Below the pieces are notes generated by a model, which saw only the letters and a list, made by a program, of their open reading frames with translations, had not been told where the DNA came from and did not search any database. This document shows positions 37,537 through 51,035 of a stretch of DNA of 64,000 nt, piece by piece. How positions within the stretch are numbered: the first letter of the stretch is position 1; every line of letters starts with the position of its first letter. Made by a program: the position numbers and the translations under genes. This stretch comes from Vicugna vicugna (taxonomy: Eukaryota): contig MU058065.1 in NCBI GenBank assembly GCA_013265495.1, forward strand, positions 4,319,003-4,383,002. The letters run 5' to 3'.

Positions 37537-39672
37537 TCTTGAATATATGACAATTTAAAACTTTTTGTAGCGTAGTAAAGATAATGAGGACCTTGACTCC
37601 AAAGGAAGATCATGATGTGAATGACTCCTATACTACGTTACAGTATACTATTCTGTCCTACTCAGCTTTATTCTATTCCATAGCATGAGGTTTTTAAAAA
37701 GAATTGTTAGCATTAGAACTCTCTCCACCCTACTCCAAATGAATCTTACCTGGAATCTCCATATATGAAATAAAGATGGAGGTAGAGGTGCGATGGAAGT
37801 TGTGATGTTTAAGACGGGGATGGAGGCCTTGGAATTGGCAGTTACACTGTTTTCTAAGTTCTGCTGTCTTCAAAGAAGCCCTTGAAGCTTCCTGAACAAA
37901 CTTCTGAACCAGATTGCTTCTGGGTCAAATGGATGAAATTAATGAAATGTCAGAGCTCAAAGGAATTAGAGCAATTATTTCCTCTTTAAAGATGAAGAAG
38001 TCAAAGGCAGGGAACATGAATGCTTTAGGCCAGGGCCTGCACCCATCACTACCAGAACTAGGAGCCAAGATGAGAACCAAGTGACCTGCTTTGTAATCCT
38101 CACTGCCTCTGTCTTTTCTTGCAGAGAATAATGCAGAGGCTCGTCTCCCTTGGTGGCATGGTAACTCCAAGACCAGCAATGTCTTCTCATAACATCCTCC
38201 AACAGGTTCCTAAAGAGATGTCTAAGCCACGATCCAGGAAGAGAGAGAGAAGACTCAGATGAGAAGAAAACCACATTTTAAAACAAGAAATTAAAGATGA
38301 GTCACTGAAAGTGAATTTTAAAGAAAAATTTTAAGATAAATCAATGGCATTGTCAAGTATTTCTCTCCTACAAACGATGTTTCAAGATTTCATACAGCTA
38401 GGGCCATATTAGGCTCTGTGAATTTCTATTTATGATTTTTTTCTAATTTCAGATTAAGAAATGGTATAGAAATGAATCTATAGAGTTAAGAGGTGGTATA
38501 GAGTAGCAATCATTAACTCTCAAGAGAAAGAGAGAGGGGGGAGAGAGAAAGAGGTGATGGAACAAACTATAAAGCTATAAAATTAATTTAGAAGAGGAAA
38601 TGGAGAATCATTTACTTACTTTAAATTATAAGGAGATTTAGGTAGAGAGAATTGAATTACTAAAGCCGGAATTTGGCAGGGCACTGAGGTTAACAGCTTG
38701 AGCCTTTATAACAAAGGTTATGGGGTTTCAAATGAGCACAAGTAGCCATGAGCATCTAATTAATATCCTTTTCAATTTATGTAAGAGGTTAGAAAATCTA
38801 TTTTGGCCTGGGATTTCCTCAGCCTTGCAAAATAGAATTCTGTTTATTACACTTATCTAATAATACTATTAATACTCATTGATAAAATTTAGAAGCAAAT
38901 TAGACCATGAGCCATTACTACCTGTGACAGCTTTCAAGAGGAAGATGTTTTTCAAGTACCATCAAAGATCTGATACCAATTACTGAACACCTGATGCCTG
39001 TTTCCCCTTATTTTAATGACACTAGCAATTTTATAGATGAAAATTTGAATGAAAACTTCAGGAAAGTTTAGTTATGGGTACCCAGCCAAAATGGAATTAC
39101 CACGCTTAGGAGTCAAAAAAATCCTAATTCATTGGAACACACATATATCTCTGTTTCTGGAGATACTCCTCTTTGTGTTCTATATTGATCTGTCCTTTAA
39201 AAAAGATCCCATTGATATTAGAGGTAAAATTGAGTCAAAATATTTATAGATAATGGTTGGCTCCTGCTTCTAGGGAACGTATGTGGACAGAATGTTGTAA
39301 CCAAATCCAAACATATTGGAACAAGTGTAGTAATAGTCTGTAGAGAGGAAAACACTTTAAACCAGGAGTCAGGATTCTTGGGTATTGGTTCTGGCTTTTC
39401 CAGTCATCGGTTTTATGACCTTGGATCCAAGCGTTGAATCTACCCAGCACTAGTTGTACTTGTCTACACACTACAGGGGTTTAAATAATAATAATACTCT
39501 GCACCGTGCTGTCTGTCCCAGTGAATATGTGATGGCTTCTGCTTTCTTTGGGTAACTCCCAAAGGAACTGTAATTTCATTTTATTGGAAAACAATACCCT
39601 TTTTTGGCTACCCCTTAGAAGTTTTTGAATCCTGTACATTTCAGGCTGAAAAAGACCTGGGATGGTCTTTCT

Positions 39673-39842
39673 CAGCAGTTCTCAAATGTGTGCCTGTGTT
39701 AGAATGAACTGGATCATTCATTAAAAACCTCCCATTTTCTGACCCAATAGGTCTAGAGTAGGATCCCAAATTTGCATTTCTAATAAGTCACCAGCTGATG
39801 TTAATGCAACTGGTCCAGGGACCACACTTTGATAACTACTGG
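39673..39842. mobile_element. MER5A
   Basis: cagcagttctcaaa...tttgcatttctaataag...ctggtccagggaccacactttga.aactactgg. Confidence 0.75.
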
Positions 39843-40721
39843 TCTCTCTCAAACTCTTTATTTACCGGATTGGAAAGCAGGCCTTGCAAACTTAATTGAG
39901 TTACCCGTGCTTACTCATCAAGTTAGTGGCTGAACCAAGACCAGAAAAACCCAGACTCCCAGATGCTGAGGTCAGAGACTTTCTCAGGACACCACCGTCT
40001 TCCACCCCCTCCACGCCTCCTTTGATTTTGGGGTTATATGATACAGACTGAAAAATCCCAATGAATTTATTCCAATCCACCCTGTCGCTTAGACTAGGGT
40101 AAAAGAAAAGCAAGAACTCTTTACACTTCTGTAAAGAAGTCAGCAACAGCGAATCTGAATATCCAGTAATTTTTTTTTTTTAATTTGTGGCCTACCCCTG
40201 GGCCATGTTTGCACAACAGAGAATTAAGGCTGACATGGGGCAAAGAGGGCAGGACTCACTGTGAGTGAAAAGCTTCTGTCCCAACAAAGACAAGAAGAAA
40301 ACTACCCAGTTCTATTCTACTAATACATTTTAAAAAATATTTTCAGGTTTGAGTTTTAGTTTTTATTAATAACAGAAACTGAGCAGGTTTTGGTTTCATG
40401 AAAGATTTTGGTAGATTTGGAGTCATATCTATTTTTTTAAAAAAAACCCTTAGACTTTGATTTTGAAGAGATGAGATTTTTTTTTTTCCCTCGAGCCCTC
40501 AGTAATAAACACAAACAATATGCTTCTGGACATGTCTAGGATCTCTAAGTGACAAACAGGTTTCCCTGAATGCACTGAAGTCTGGGCTTTTATAGTGCAT
40601 TTTCATTCTCTGGTCTCATCCTTTTCCTCTCCTTTTCTTCCCAGTTTGTCCAGCTACGCATCCTTCAGGTCTGAGTTTACATGCTCTTTGCTGAGCCTCC
40701 AAAGTTAAAGGAGGTAAGGGA

Positions 40722-41220
40722 CTTGAGGCGGCATCCTCTAAGATGGCTCTCAGTCATCCTCACATTCTGGTTTCTTGCCCTTGTGGAGTCTCTCCCCTTG
40801 AATGTGGGCGGGACCTGGTGATGGGTGGGATGACATTTCTACTATTAGGTTACACGCAGACTCTGGTTTCTGTCTTGCTTGCCTTCTCTGGCTCGCTCAC
40901 AGTTGCCAAGTCATGAACTGCCCTTTCTATGTCAAGAAATTAAGGGGCTTCCAGCCAACAGCTGGGAAGGAACCGAGGCCCTTGATCCCACAACTCATGA
41001 GGCACTGAATCCCCAACAAAGGTGTGAGTATGCTTCAGAGCTGACTGCCTTTCTGCCAAACCTTTGGATGGGACTGTAGCCCCGCAGTTTTGTGAGTAAC
41101 TTTGAGGCAGAGGCACCAAGGTAAACTGTGCCCAGATACTTGGCCTGTAGGAACTATGAGATAATAAATGTTTGGTTTTTTTAGGTTGCAGAATTTGGGG
41201 GTATTTGATAAACTACTACA
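40722..41220 (+). mobile_element. MLT1F/G-type LTR
   Basis: ctctaagatggc...ccccttgaatgtgggcgggacctggtga...ccagccaacagc...aactatgagataataaatg...gaatttggggg. Confidence 0.75.
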
Positions 41221-42173
41221 GGGCCCATCCCATTTATTGAATCTCCCTGTTGTCCAGTGGATCACACATCTTAGATGGTGAGCTCTTAAAAATAGAGATT
41301 CCAAGCCCAACATTCAGAAAATCTGATTCAATGGGTCTGGAATAAATTCCAGAAATCTGTGTTTGTAAACAAGCATTCTGGGTCATTGCTAAGCATTATA
41401 ATCTCAGGACTATACAATGGAAAACACTCTTCAGTTGGAAGCCAGGAGCAACCATATTTATTTTTTTCATGGCCATATACCTGCATCTGAAATGTGGTAG
41501 GTTCAAAAGAAATATAATTGAATCAGTGAATACATACTGATATATAAGACGTAGAAATTTTGAATGACTTCACAAAAATTTAGTTATAAGCATAATATAA
41601 ATAAGTAAATTAACTTCTCTGTTCTCAGAATTTTTATGTGGTCATCTTAGCTTTCTTAACTGTAGCTGTTAATGCATTTGCACACATAGATTTCCCTTCT
41701 CCTTAAGAAATAGGATTGTGTCTTACCCTTTTTATCCATCCACCATGACCCCATGACACCTAGAAAAGTGTCTTGCTGTATCTGTTTACTTCTTCCTCTG
41801 TTACTCATTGTAAAATAATGTTGTAATATAACAACATTCATTTTAGAAGAAAAACAGCTAACTCTATTTTAACTTATCACAAGCCCCTCAACAAGACAGC
41901 CAATCTAGCACCACAGAAAGAATATGAATTTTCATATTATACATGCCTGGCTTTAAGTTCCAGTTTCTATATCTATTCCCTGTGGGTCCTCTGGCAACTC
42001 TTTGAAGAGGAGAAGATGAATTGAGTCTTTGTTTTCTTCTTTTGAAATAGTGGCTGGTGTTCTTGTGACATTTGAAAGAGGTAATATACAAAAAGTCTTA
42101 CAGCTGGTGGATGTTTGCTTTCACACCATTTTAACTGATTTTTCGTTTTCTCCTTTCTGTTCGCTTTTGCTTA

Positions 42174-42576
42174 TGCTATGGGTTGAGTTATGTCCTCCCA
42201 ACGTTCATATGCTGAGGCCCTAACCCACAGTACCTCAGAGTATGACTGCATTTAGAAATAGGCCTTTTAAAGAGGAAGTTAATTTAAAACGAGGTTGTGA
42301 AGGTGGTCTTAATCCAATCTGACTGATATCCTTACAAGAAAAGAATATTTGTACACACAAAGAAACACAGGGGGCATGTGTACAGAGAAGACCATGTGAG
42401 GACATGGCCACAGGGTGACCATCCACAACCAAGGAGATGCGAGCTCAGGAGAAACCAAATCTGCCAACACCTCGATCTGAGACCTCTAGCCTCCAGAACT
42501 TTCAGAAAACACATTTATACAGTTCAAACCCCCAAATCTCTGTTATTTGCTGTGGAAGCCCTAGAGGAAGAATATA
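42174..42576 (+). mobile_element. MLT1B-type solo LTR
   Basis: tgctatgggttgag...tgtcctccc...catatgctgag..cctaacc...atccaatctgactg...gaccatgtgaggaca...ctctagcctccagaact...gccctag. Confidence 0.85.
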
Positions 42577-42822
42577 TTTAATATCATAAAATGTGTTCAT
42601 GCTGCTAGTTAGTTATAGTCACACAGTTGAATGACTACATGATATGCCGTTGAGTTGCCATAGTTTATACAACATTCTCATTGGATAGCTCATGTTTCTG
42701 TTACATAGTAAATAGAGACAGTATGTCAGTTCTGGCCTGTTTTCTAGACTGGCCCTCCCTGTTTGTGTGGTAGTGACGGCATTTGTACCGACAAACTTGT
42801 TCCCTTTGGTATTAGCACCAAC

Positions 42823-43032
42823 CCTGTTCTGAAGCAAGAGGCAGTAATTAGGCAGCTCCAGTGCATCACTCTTCGGCACAGGGTTACGTTCACCTTGGCC
42901 GTGGTCTCCTTCTGCTTTCCGGCCAGCTCGGAGGACTTGGCTCTGTCTCAGGGCTCCCTGGGCCTCTGTCCTTAAATCTGGACTCCTCCCTGATTTGGTC
43001 CCTGACCCTGACACTTCACCAACGGGTGGTCC
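42823..43032 (-). CDS. Candidate internal exon (GPPVGEVSGSGTKSGRSPDLRTEAQG...LLLQNR)
   Basis: Acceptor tctttgatgttctatcccag|GGA, donor AGG|GTTGGT, 210 nt, phase 0/0, GC/CpG-rich relative to flanks. Confidence 0.28.
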
Positions 43033-45174
43033 CTGGGATAGAACATCAAAGAGACAGTGTTGTCAACTGCCCAGACGATTTTACAATTTTAGTTCAACTC
43101 TTACTAGTCTTTTTTTCCCCTAACCTAGGAATCAAAACGCTATCATTCAATTATATTTGGGGTAGAAAATCATGTAGGCACACCCAGGGAAAGACTGACG
43201 AGGGAAGTGACTGTGTGTTTGTGTTGTGGGGTACGGAGGGTGGCAGTGGTGGCGAAGGTGGGCGGGCAACCAGGGCTGAGCTTCCTGACCCTCTACCGCT
43301 TTCTCTATCCTAGAGGCTAGTGTTCCAGACCATGAAAAACAAGACCTGAAACTATTCCATTTCCTTACAAAGAAGAAAAATCACAGACTGAGCTCAACTT
43401 TCAATGGCAATTAGAGGGCTTTTGATCACAAATAAGGAAAAATATTCTGAAAAGAAGGGTGGTGAAACATCCTAATACATTCCTAGACGGGGCTGTTGAA
43501 TTACTGTAGCGGTTGGTCTTTAAACTACAGAATGTCTCTCTAGAGTCATTTAAGTAGAATTGACTCAAGCCTGAAGTGGAGGAAAAAATGGGACGACTTA
43601 TTAAGAGCACATTCACCCCTGTAATTCTATGGTCTTCGTGAACCAACAGCCATTTCTCAGTGGGTTTACCAGTTGTTAATAGCTGATATTATTTTAGGCT
43701 TACCAGGAGTTGAGTCTTAAACATGCTTCAGGCTTCCAAGGCTGTGCATACCAAGATTTCTGGTAACAGCTGGAAATCCATAATTATAGTTCATGGGGTA
43801 TAATGCTCATCTGGCAAAAATCTGTAAATAAAGCTTGAAAAGCAAATATTCCATTTATATAAACAGTTTCTCAATACTAGGAGATCCATTGCCAGGGGGA
43901 TGGAGAATGAGCTTTTCTATTATTCCTTTTCCTATATCACAGGGTAACAATTTATAGCTTCGCATGGGAATAAAGAAATCTTTTTTTTTAATATTTAAAG
44001 ACTTGGATGTAAAGAGTGAAATTTATCTAAAAAGATTTCCCTTTTTTTTGCTCTCCATATAACTTGAAAAATTGGCCACCTCTGCATTGTTGAAACACCA
44101 TCAGAAAGAAAATTATTGCTTGAAAGCAATTTCCTACTGGAATCTATCCCCCACAGGTTTGTTTTAAGGAAGCTTCTGGATTAGCTGCCAAAGACTGTGA
44201 GGCCTTTCTGTTTTGACATCTTTTTTTAAAAAAATCATTTGAAGGACTGTGCACCAACATGAACAAAATGGTATGGGATTGAGGGATAAGTAATTTTGTG
44301 TTCCTAAGTGAAGAACAATTCCCGTGTGTAAGTTGCATTTGAAATAGGCACAATTTATAACAAGATAGGAAACATTTAAAGTTTGCTTTTTCAATGCCAC
44401 ACTTGAAGAATCCCTGACTATTTCCCATTTTATTCCAAGAATTTATTTGAGAGTGGATTTTGATGGAAAGTATTTTAAACTGAATGAACTTTAAGCAATT
44501 AATGATTGCGATTCTAGTAGAAGTGACACGATATAAAGCCACAAATACACCACAAGAGACGTTCCAGCGACTGCTTGGTATTTGTGGTGGCAGAGGAAGG
44601 AGAGCATGGTTCTCCTTCCTTCCAGAACAAGGAATTACGACGGTCAATCATGCTAAATTCCATAGAGTACGCTGCTGGCTTAACAGTAAAGACAAACATA
44701 TTTTCTCCTTTCCTTCGTGATATTTTTTACTTCTGTTTGGCTCTGCGCATGTTTAAGCTAATTATTTAAGTACTTAACACAATTTAAACAAAATAAACGA
44801 ACCAGAAAAAAATGCAATTTGCCTATATTCGTCACACATTAGGCTTCCTGGCATCAGTCACTGTCAGCACAAACAGATGCAAAACTCTGATTTTTAAAAT
44901 CTCCCAAACTAGATGATTGCATGTTTAAGCCGATATAAAGTCTGATTGTGGTGCATTACTTCTTTAGCGGAGTAACTGACATTACTGTGCAGGCAACCCT
45001 GAGTCCATCTTCATGCTTCTCTTCAATTTAACCAGGTTTTTGGACTCTCTTAGCTCCATTGCTTATTACTTCACTTACCTGACTCCACTCTGATAGGTTA
45101 AAGCTCTAGACATCTCAGTTGGGTATTAAAACAAGTGAACAAACCAAAGAATCAATAAGAGAAGCAATTGTTTT

Positions 45175-45465
45175 CTTCTTCTTTTAAATTGAAGTGTAAC
45201 ATACGTACAATAAAATGTGAAACTGGAGTAATCTCAAGTGGTAAATTTTTGCATCTATACACCTGTGTAATCACCATTCACATCAAATATCTATCACATC
45301 CAGTAACCCAGAAGTTTCCTTATGCCCTTTCCAGATGAATGAACCTCTCCCTCTCTAGACAGTAGTCACTATTCTAACTTTCATTGACATCAATTAGTTC
45401 TGCATGTTCTTGAAATTTATATCAATGAGATTATAATATGTTATCTTTGGGGTCCAGATTCATAT
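45175..45465 (-). mobile_element. L1ME-type 3' end fragment
   Basis: aattgaagtgtaacatac...cacctgtgtaatcacca...cccagaagtttccttatgccc...cactattctaacttt...gttcttgaaatttatatcaatg. Confidence 0.7.
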
Positions 45466-46364
45466 ATAAAATTATTGATATTTTTAATGACAATCTGATA
45501 TTAGTTTAGGAGAATGACAAGCAGAGTAATTTGTCCATGTTCTGTTTTAGTTATTCTGCTATTAAAGAGTCTCTGCTACATGATAAACACTTACTTTTTT
45601 TAAAAAAAGATTTAATTCTAAATGAATCATGCCAGGGCCAGCAAAGAGCCACAGAAATTTTAAAAGTTCAAAAACAATTCCTTTCTTTCATCTCTTCTAA
45701 ATGTAACGTTGGTTTTATCAGAAAGAGGAGATAAGATTAGCGAGGTTCTGAGCATCTATGAGTATGTGAGTTGTTTTTAGAGGAAAGTTGAGGCAGTTGT
45801 TCTCGATGCTCATGGAGGAATAGAGGGGAAATAGATTTATTATAGTAGAAAAGATTTAAGTTTGAGCCCCCCGAATAGTATGATGTCCTGAGAAAGTGTT
45901 ATCATGTACCCGGGTTTTAGTGCTAGCTCTGTCACCATCTGTAGTTTTAATGGCAAATGACCACTTCTCTGGGTCTCAGTTTTTGCATCTGTAAGAAAAA
46001 GGAGTAGGCCTAGATTAGGAACAAAAAATTAAAATCATTCCAGGCCAGCTGTAAACTCAAATCACTCGAATCAGGCCAGGCAAATAATATCAATGAGTGA
46101 AATGGTCTGTAAATGAGTGGGACCAACAGGACAGGAACAGCCAGATTGATCATGGGTTACCCAATGGGAGTGCATGCCAGTATTGCCAAATACTTTTTTC
46201 AAGAATATCTAGAAATTTAGAAATCTGGAATTGGTCATGTTAAGTCCATTACTTAACATTTTTTAGCTATAAAGCAAAGCAAGACTAATTCTCCCCAATG
46301 AACAAACATCACCTTGAAGAGAATATTAAGCTAGTAGGTCAAAATCTTTGATTTAGATATTTGC

Positions 46365-46548
46365 TTTCTAATATGTTAACCACTGGCTATACGCAGCTAT
46401 TGAGAACTTGGAATGTGGCTCGTCCACATTAAGAAATGATAGAAGTATAACATATTCTTAGTACAAAAAAAGAGCTTACTGTCTTGTTCATAATTTTCAT
46501 GTTGATTATATGTTGAAATGATCATATTTTAGATAAATCTGGTTTAAT
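46365..46548. mobile_element. MER33/MER3-like fragment
   Basis: aatatgttaaccactggcta...gctattgagaacttggaatgtggct...ttgattatatgttgaaatgat.atattttagata. Confidence 0.6.
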
Positions 46549-46949
46549 ATCAGCAAGGTATATAATCCCCTGTCTCTCTTTTCTTCCTCTCCAGTAAGAA
46601 AAAGCCGGGGGAGGGAGGAGAAAGGATAAAATGTACTTGAGTCAAATAACTTTTGAATACACTAAATTAAGTGACAGTAAGTAGCCTTTCATAGACCAGT
46701 GTATAGAAGAGGAGGGATCTAGAATTCTATATCTTCTACACTTACTTGACCACAAACAGAATCATTTGGCTTCACAGAGATTCTCATAGCACAATGTTTT
46801 GAAAAGCATGCCAAATAGTGAGAACTATAAGTTCCTTTTGCTGCTCAATCTCAAGAAACCAGACTTATGTTTCTGAAGAAGCTCCAAGAGCTCTTGAGGA
46901 AAAAATAAGTACATGCTTATTCAGGGATCTCATAATGAAACAGCCAGGC

Positions 46950-48732
46950 CCCTTTATACCTGAAAACCCTTCCTGTTCTCAGAGTTTGTACTCAGCTTTC
47001 GGTGCCTTAACAATCACTTAAGAGAAATCTCCAACACAAAAGGCCGAGATCAGAACAGACAAAAGGACCACAGAAGTATCAGAGTCAACAAGGATCAGCA
47101 AGTCAGCAAGAATCAAAAGGAAACTTCCAGTGACAAGCAACCCCAACTGTATTGACCATTCTCAGAGAGTGCAGAGAAGATACCACATCAATAAAACAAG
47201 TAAAAGATGCTACCATAAGTGAGCACATAAACAAGGAAGAACTCTTAGAAATTAAAAAATAATGTTTGCAGGCAATTAAAAAAAGAAGTTGGTATGATAC
47301 TTGGAAGAGAAAAATAAACCCCAAAGAAGGTAGAGGAAGATATTTTAAGTGAAGAAAGAAAAGAAAAGAAAAAAGAAAATTAGAATTTTCATTTGGGTGC
47401 CCAATATCTAAACAAGGGTAATTTTAGAGGAAAAAAATTAAATGGGAGTGGGGAGGGAGAAATTACTTAAAAATTATTTTAAAAATAATACAAGACAATT
47501 CTCAAGAATTGAAGGTTACAAGTCTCTGAATTGAAAGGACTCACCAGGCATACAGCACAATGAATGAAAAAGATTGGAAATAAAATACATCACTGTACTC
47601 TTTCAGGACACTGATGATAAGAATCATAAAACTTCTAGGTTGAGGGGTGGGCAAGGATGATTATATACAGAAGACTGAAGATGAGAAGAGCCTTGACTCT
47701 TCAAAATCACAGCACTAGGAGCTAGAAGTAGAACATTACCTGCATGTTTTAAGTGATGTTCAGCTTATAATTCTATACCCAGGCAAAATGCCAATATAGT
47801 GAGTGGGTAGAGTAAGATATATCAGATATTCAAGGCCTTAAAAACAAATAGATAGAAAATATTTTCTCCAATATTTAAAAACATTTTTAGAAAGGGACTG
47901 AAGAATACATTTTAACATTTATATATATATAATACATATATATATGTACATATATATATGTCATATATTATTAAGAAAGAAGAACAAAATGATATGTGGA
48001 AATAGGATTAAACACAGAAGAGATGGTAAGTGAAATGCCAGAAGAGTAGTTTTGCACCAAACCTTGAGAGTAATCGTTTACAACTGGGGAAGGATGTCAG
48101 AGAATTCCAGAAAGGAAAGTTCCAGAAAACAAAGCAAAACAAAAAGACTTTATAATACTACTGGATGGGTTTGATCACATGAGAAATAATATTAAGAGAG
48201 GTTTTAAAATTTAAGAGTTTGGGAAAAATTAGTGATAGGTACATAAAAAAAACTGACCAGTATTTTTTTTTATAAATGACACAATTATTAGTTCCCAACA
48301 GAACAAACTGTGCTACTAAACAGGAAATACAGCTCTATTATACTGTCTGGCTCAGCAGTGATCAATAGTCACATAGTGATATAAAGAATAATACAATTTT
48401 CATTTAACAAAAATATTATGATGTAAAATATGAGGAAGATGAAAAGAAGAAATAGAGTCATGGATAGGCTGAGTGTTAAATCTGCATTTTGTAGCATGAG
48501 AAGTCAATGGATAATTTTTTAAATTAACAGGTCAAGGAATGGCAGTAAAAATGCATTAAGAAATAGAAAAGTAATACAAGAAAGAAAAACAGCTAGGAGA
48601 GCTGAATTTGTTGCCTCTGTTGAAAAAGATTCAAGAGCTGAGCTGAAGACTGCTATTTTTCATTATAATCCGTGTAGTACTACTTGACTTTTTAAAATAT
48701 GCACTTGCATTTATTTAAAAAATAATAAAAAA
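46950..48732 (+). mobile_element. HAL1 / ancient L1 ORF1-like element, degenerate
   Basis: A-rich strand with ORF1-like motifs (aaataatacaagacaattc..agaattgaag..attgaaagg..cacc; aattctatacccag..aaa) and a HAL1-like end gactgctatttttcattataa...ttgactttttaaa. Confidence 0.6.
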
Positions 48733-50894
48733 ATAAGTAATTTATAAAAATGAATTTGAAATACATTTAATGGTTAAAGCAAGCAGCATATATATCCTAA
48801 ATAAAAAGGTCATTTAACTAAGGTACTTATTTACTAATTTATTTAAATATTTACCTTTATGATAAAGTACATTTTAGAAATTTGCATACCCATGTACATT
48901 TACAGTAACTAGGGGAAAAATTCCAATGTCATTGCATTTTAGCACTGGAATCTAAGCTAGTTCTTGTATTGAGAGGTATCATTGCAAAACTGCTAACTCA
49001 AAAATAAAATATGGTCCATATATGACTTTGAAATTGAACTTCTTAGAAGCAAAATAAAGCATGTTTCTCTAGAAACAATTATTTTTTAAAAAATAAATTG
49101 ACTCTGATCTTAGGAAGCCTATGTTCTATAAGAAGAGTCCAATACATTAAAAAATCTTTAATGTGCTTTATGTTAAGAATGAAAGAAAAGTATAAAGAGA
49201 GCACAGAAAGCTGTAGAACACCCAAAAATTGATGGATTGAATGAATAATTAAATATTTTGAGAAAAAGTTGGTGCTCTGTTTGAGAATGACTAGCTCTGT
49301 AAATTTAATTTCTCCCAAGTAAAAGCATAAAGGTGATGAAAATTAGAAAGGTCTAAGGCTAAGATTGGGAGTAAATCAAGAGGTTGAGGAGTTAGTGGAT
49401 ATTAAGTTTATTTTGCTATAATTTATACGAAATATGAAAATGAGAAATTTTTAGAAACATTCATTTAAAAATATTTTAATGTCGAGTATTTTTATATGTC
49501 TTCTATAATTTTTGTTCACCACAATGAAATAAATACAAATCTATATATTATAGTGTAGTCTCTAAAACAATTTATGAGAAAAAAATATATATAGCTTTTG
49601 CTAACTGTAGCATAACCCAGAGAAAGTAGAAAGAAACCAATGTGTGTTCTGTACACAACTGTGAAAGATAAAAGTTTGTTTTATAGTATTTCCTGATTAT
49701 GAAAGATATATTTCTACTATAGATTATTCAGAAAATGAGAAAAAGGCAAAAAAAGAAAAACCAACAAATAAAAATTATTTATAATACCATTACCCAGACA
49801 TGTCAAACTACACTGTAGGTACCACGTGGTCAGAAGCAATGTCTGTCTTGTTTACACTATATTTTCTGTACCCACCACAGTGCATGGAACAAAACAGGCA
49901 TTTGATATTTGTTCATTGATTAATTTGTACCTTTTTGGTGCATTTTCCCAATGTTTTTCTATGCATGATAGATATATTAGTGCATACAGTTTTTTAACGT
50001 TTTGTTTTTGATACCAGAGCATATCATTAAATTGTCTTAGAAAACATAATCTCTGGAGGATATATAATGATTCATTTTATGCATATATTGTAATTTAGGA
50101 AAGAGTGCTTAGCAAATATTCTGTACTCTTTTTAATTTGACTTGAAATTGACAGCATTTCATTTAATTCTAAGTAATTAAATGAGATGACCATGACTCTT
50201 ATTTTTGTGGCACTAATTTAATTTATGACTTTTGCCATAGCTTTATTTCTGAGACAGAACGGTGGTGTGCCCAGTCCTGAACAGATGGGATTCATGTTCT
50301 TTTTCTAATGCTTACTAGTTGTGTGACCTTCTGCAAGTTATGAACTTCCTCTTCTGCGATAATGGGAGCTCAGAAATCATTTCCCTATAGAGTTGTTGCA
50401 GTGATTAATAATGTTTAATAATGAGTTTGTAATAACCATGCGTCGTCATAAACACTATACTTTCTAAACCTTGCTTGGCACATAGCAGCATCACATTCAT
50501 GTTAGTTCCCATTCATTCCTTCTCTTCTTTAGTTAGAATAGTGTTTTCCAGTGCAACTACTGCTCCTAATAGCAAACTGAGCCATATATTCTTGAAGTGC
50601 GGAAGAGGAAGAAGAGACAGAACAAAGGGAAAGTGTTTGTGTCTTATTACCAAATCCAGAAAGGGTAGACTAGGCTTCCGGTAGTAACAGTTTACCGTGG
50701 CTGCTCTCCGGACTAGCACACATGGTCTGAATGTAACTACAAAGTTGAATTCCACTGAAAGCAGATATTGTATCTTCTGGGACTTGACACAACTGGATAG
50801 TCCATGAAGACTCTCAACTGAACATTACAGAATAGTTTTCTCCACTTTTGAGAATGATTTTTAAGATCTGCATATTCATATTTATAGACAATGT

Positions 50895-51035
50895 GACATT
50901 TGGAACTGGATAAGACCTTGGACCTCATTTAATCCAAAATCTCCATTTTAGAGATGAGGAAATGAACACTTCAAGAGGTCAGCTCACTTGAACGAGGTCA
51001 GCTCACTTGACCAAAGTCAAAGAGATTAAGCGACA
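50895..51035 (-). mobile_element. MIR with internal 19-bp duplication
   Basis: ccattttagagatgaggaaa; gaggtcagctcacttga at 50975 and 50994. Confidence 0.65.

Noticed and set aside
42861..43313. 150-aa plus-strand ORF
   Set aside because: Non-ATG start; overlaps antisense the minus-strand exon candidate and is explained by locally high GC.
44144..44647. Longest ORF in the track (167 aa, minus)
   Set aside because: Non-ATG start, AT-rich random-looking composition and no recognisable domain; only a sub-segment in a different frame looks exon-like.
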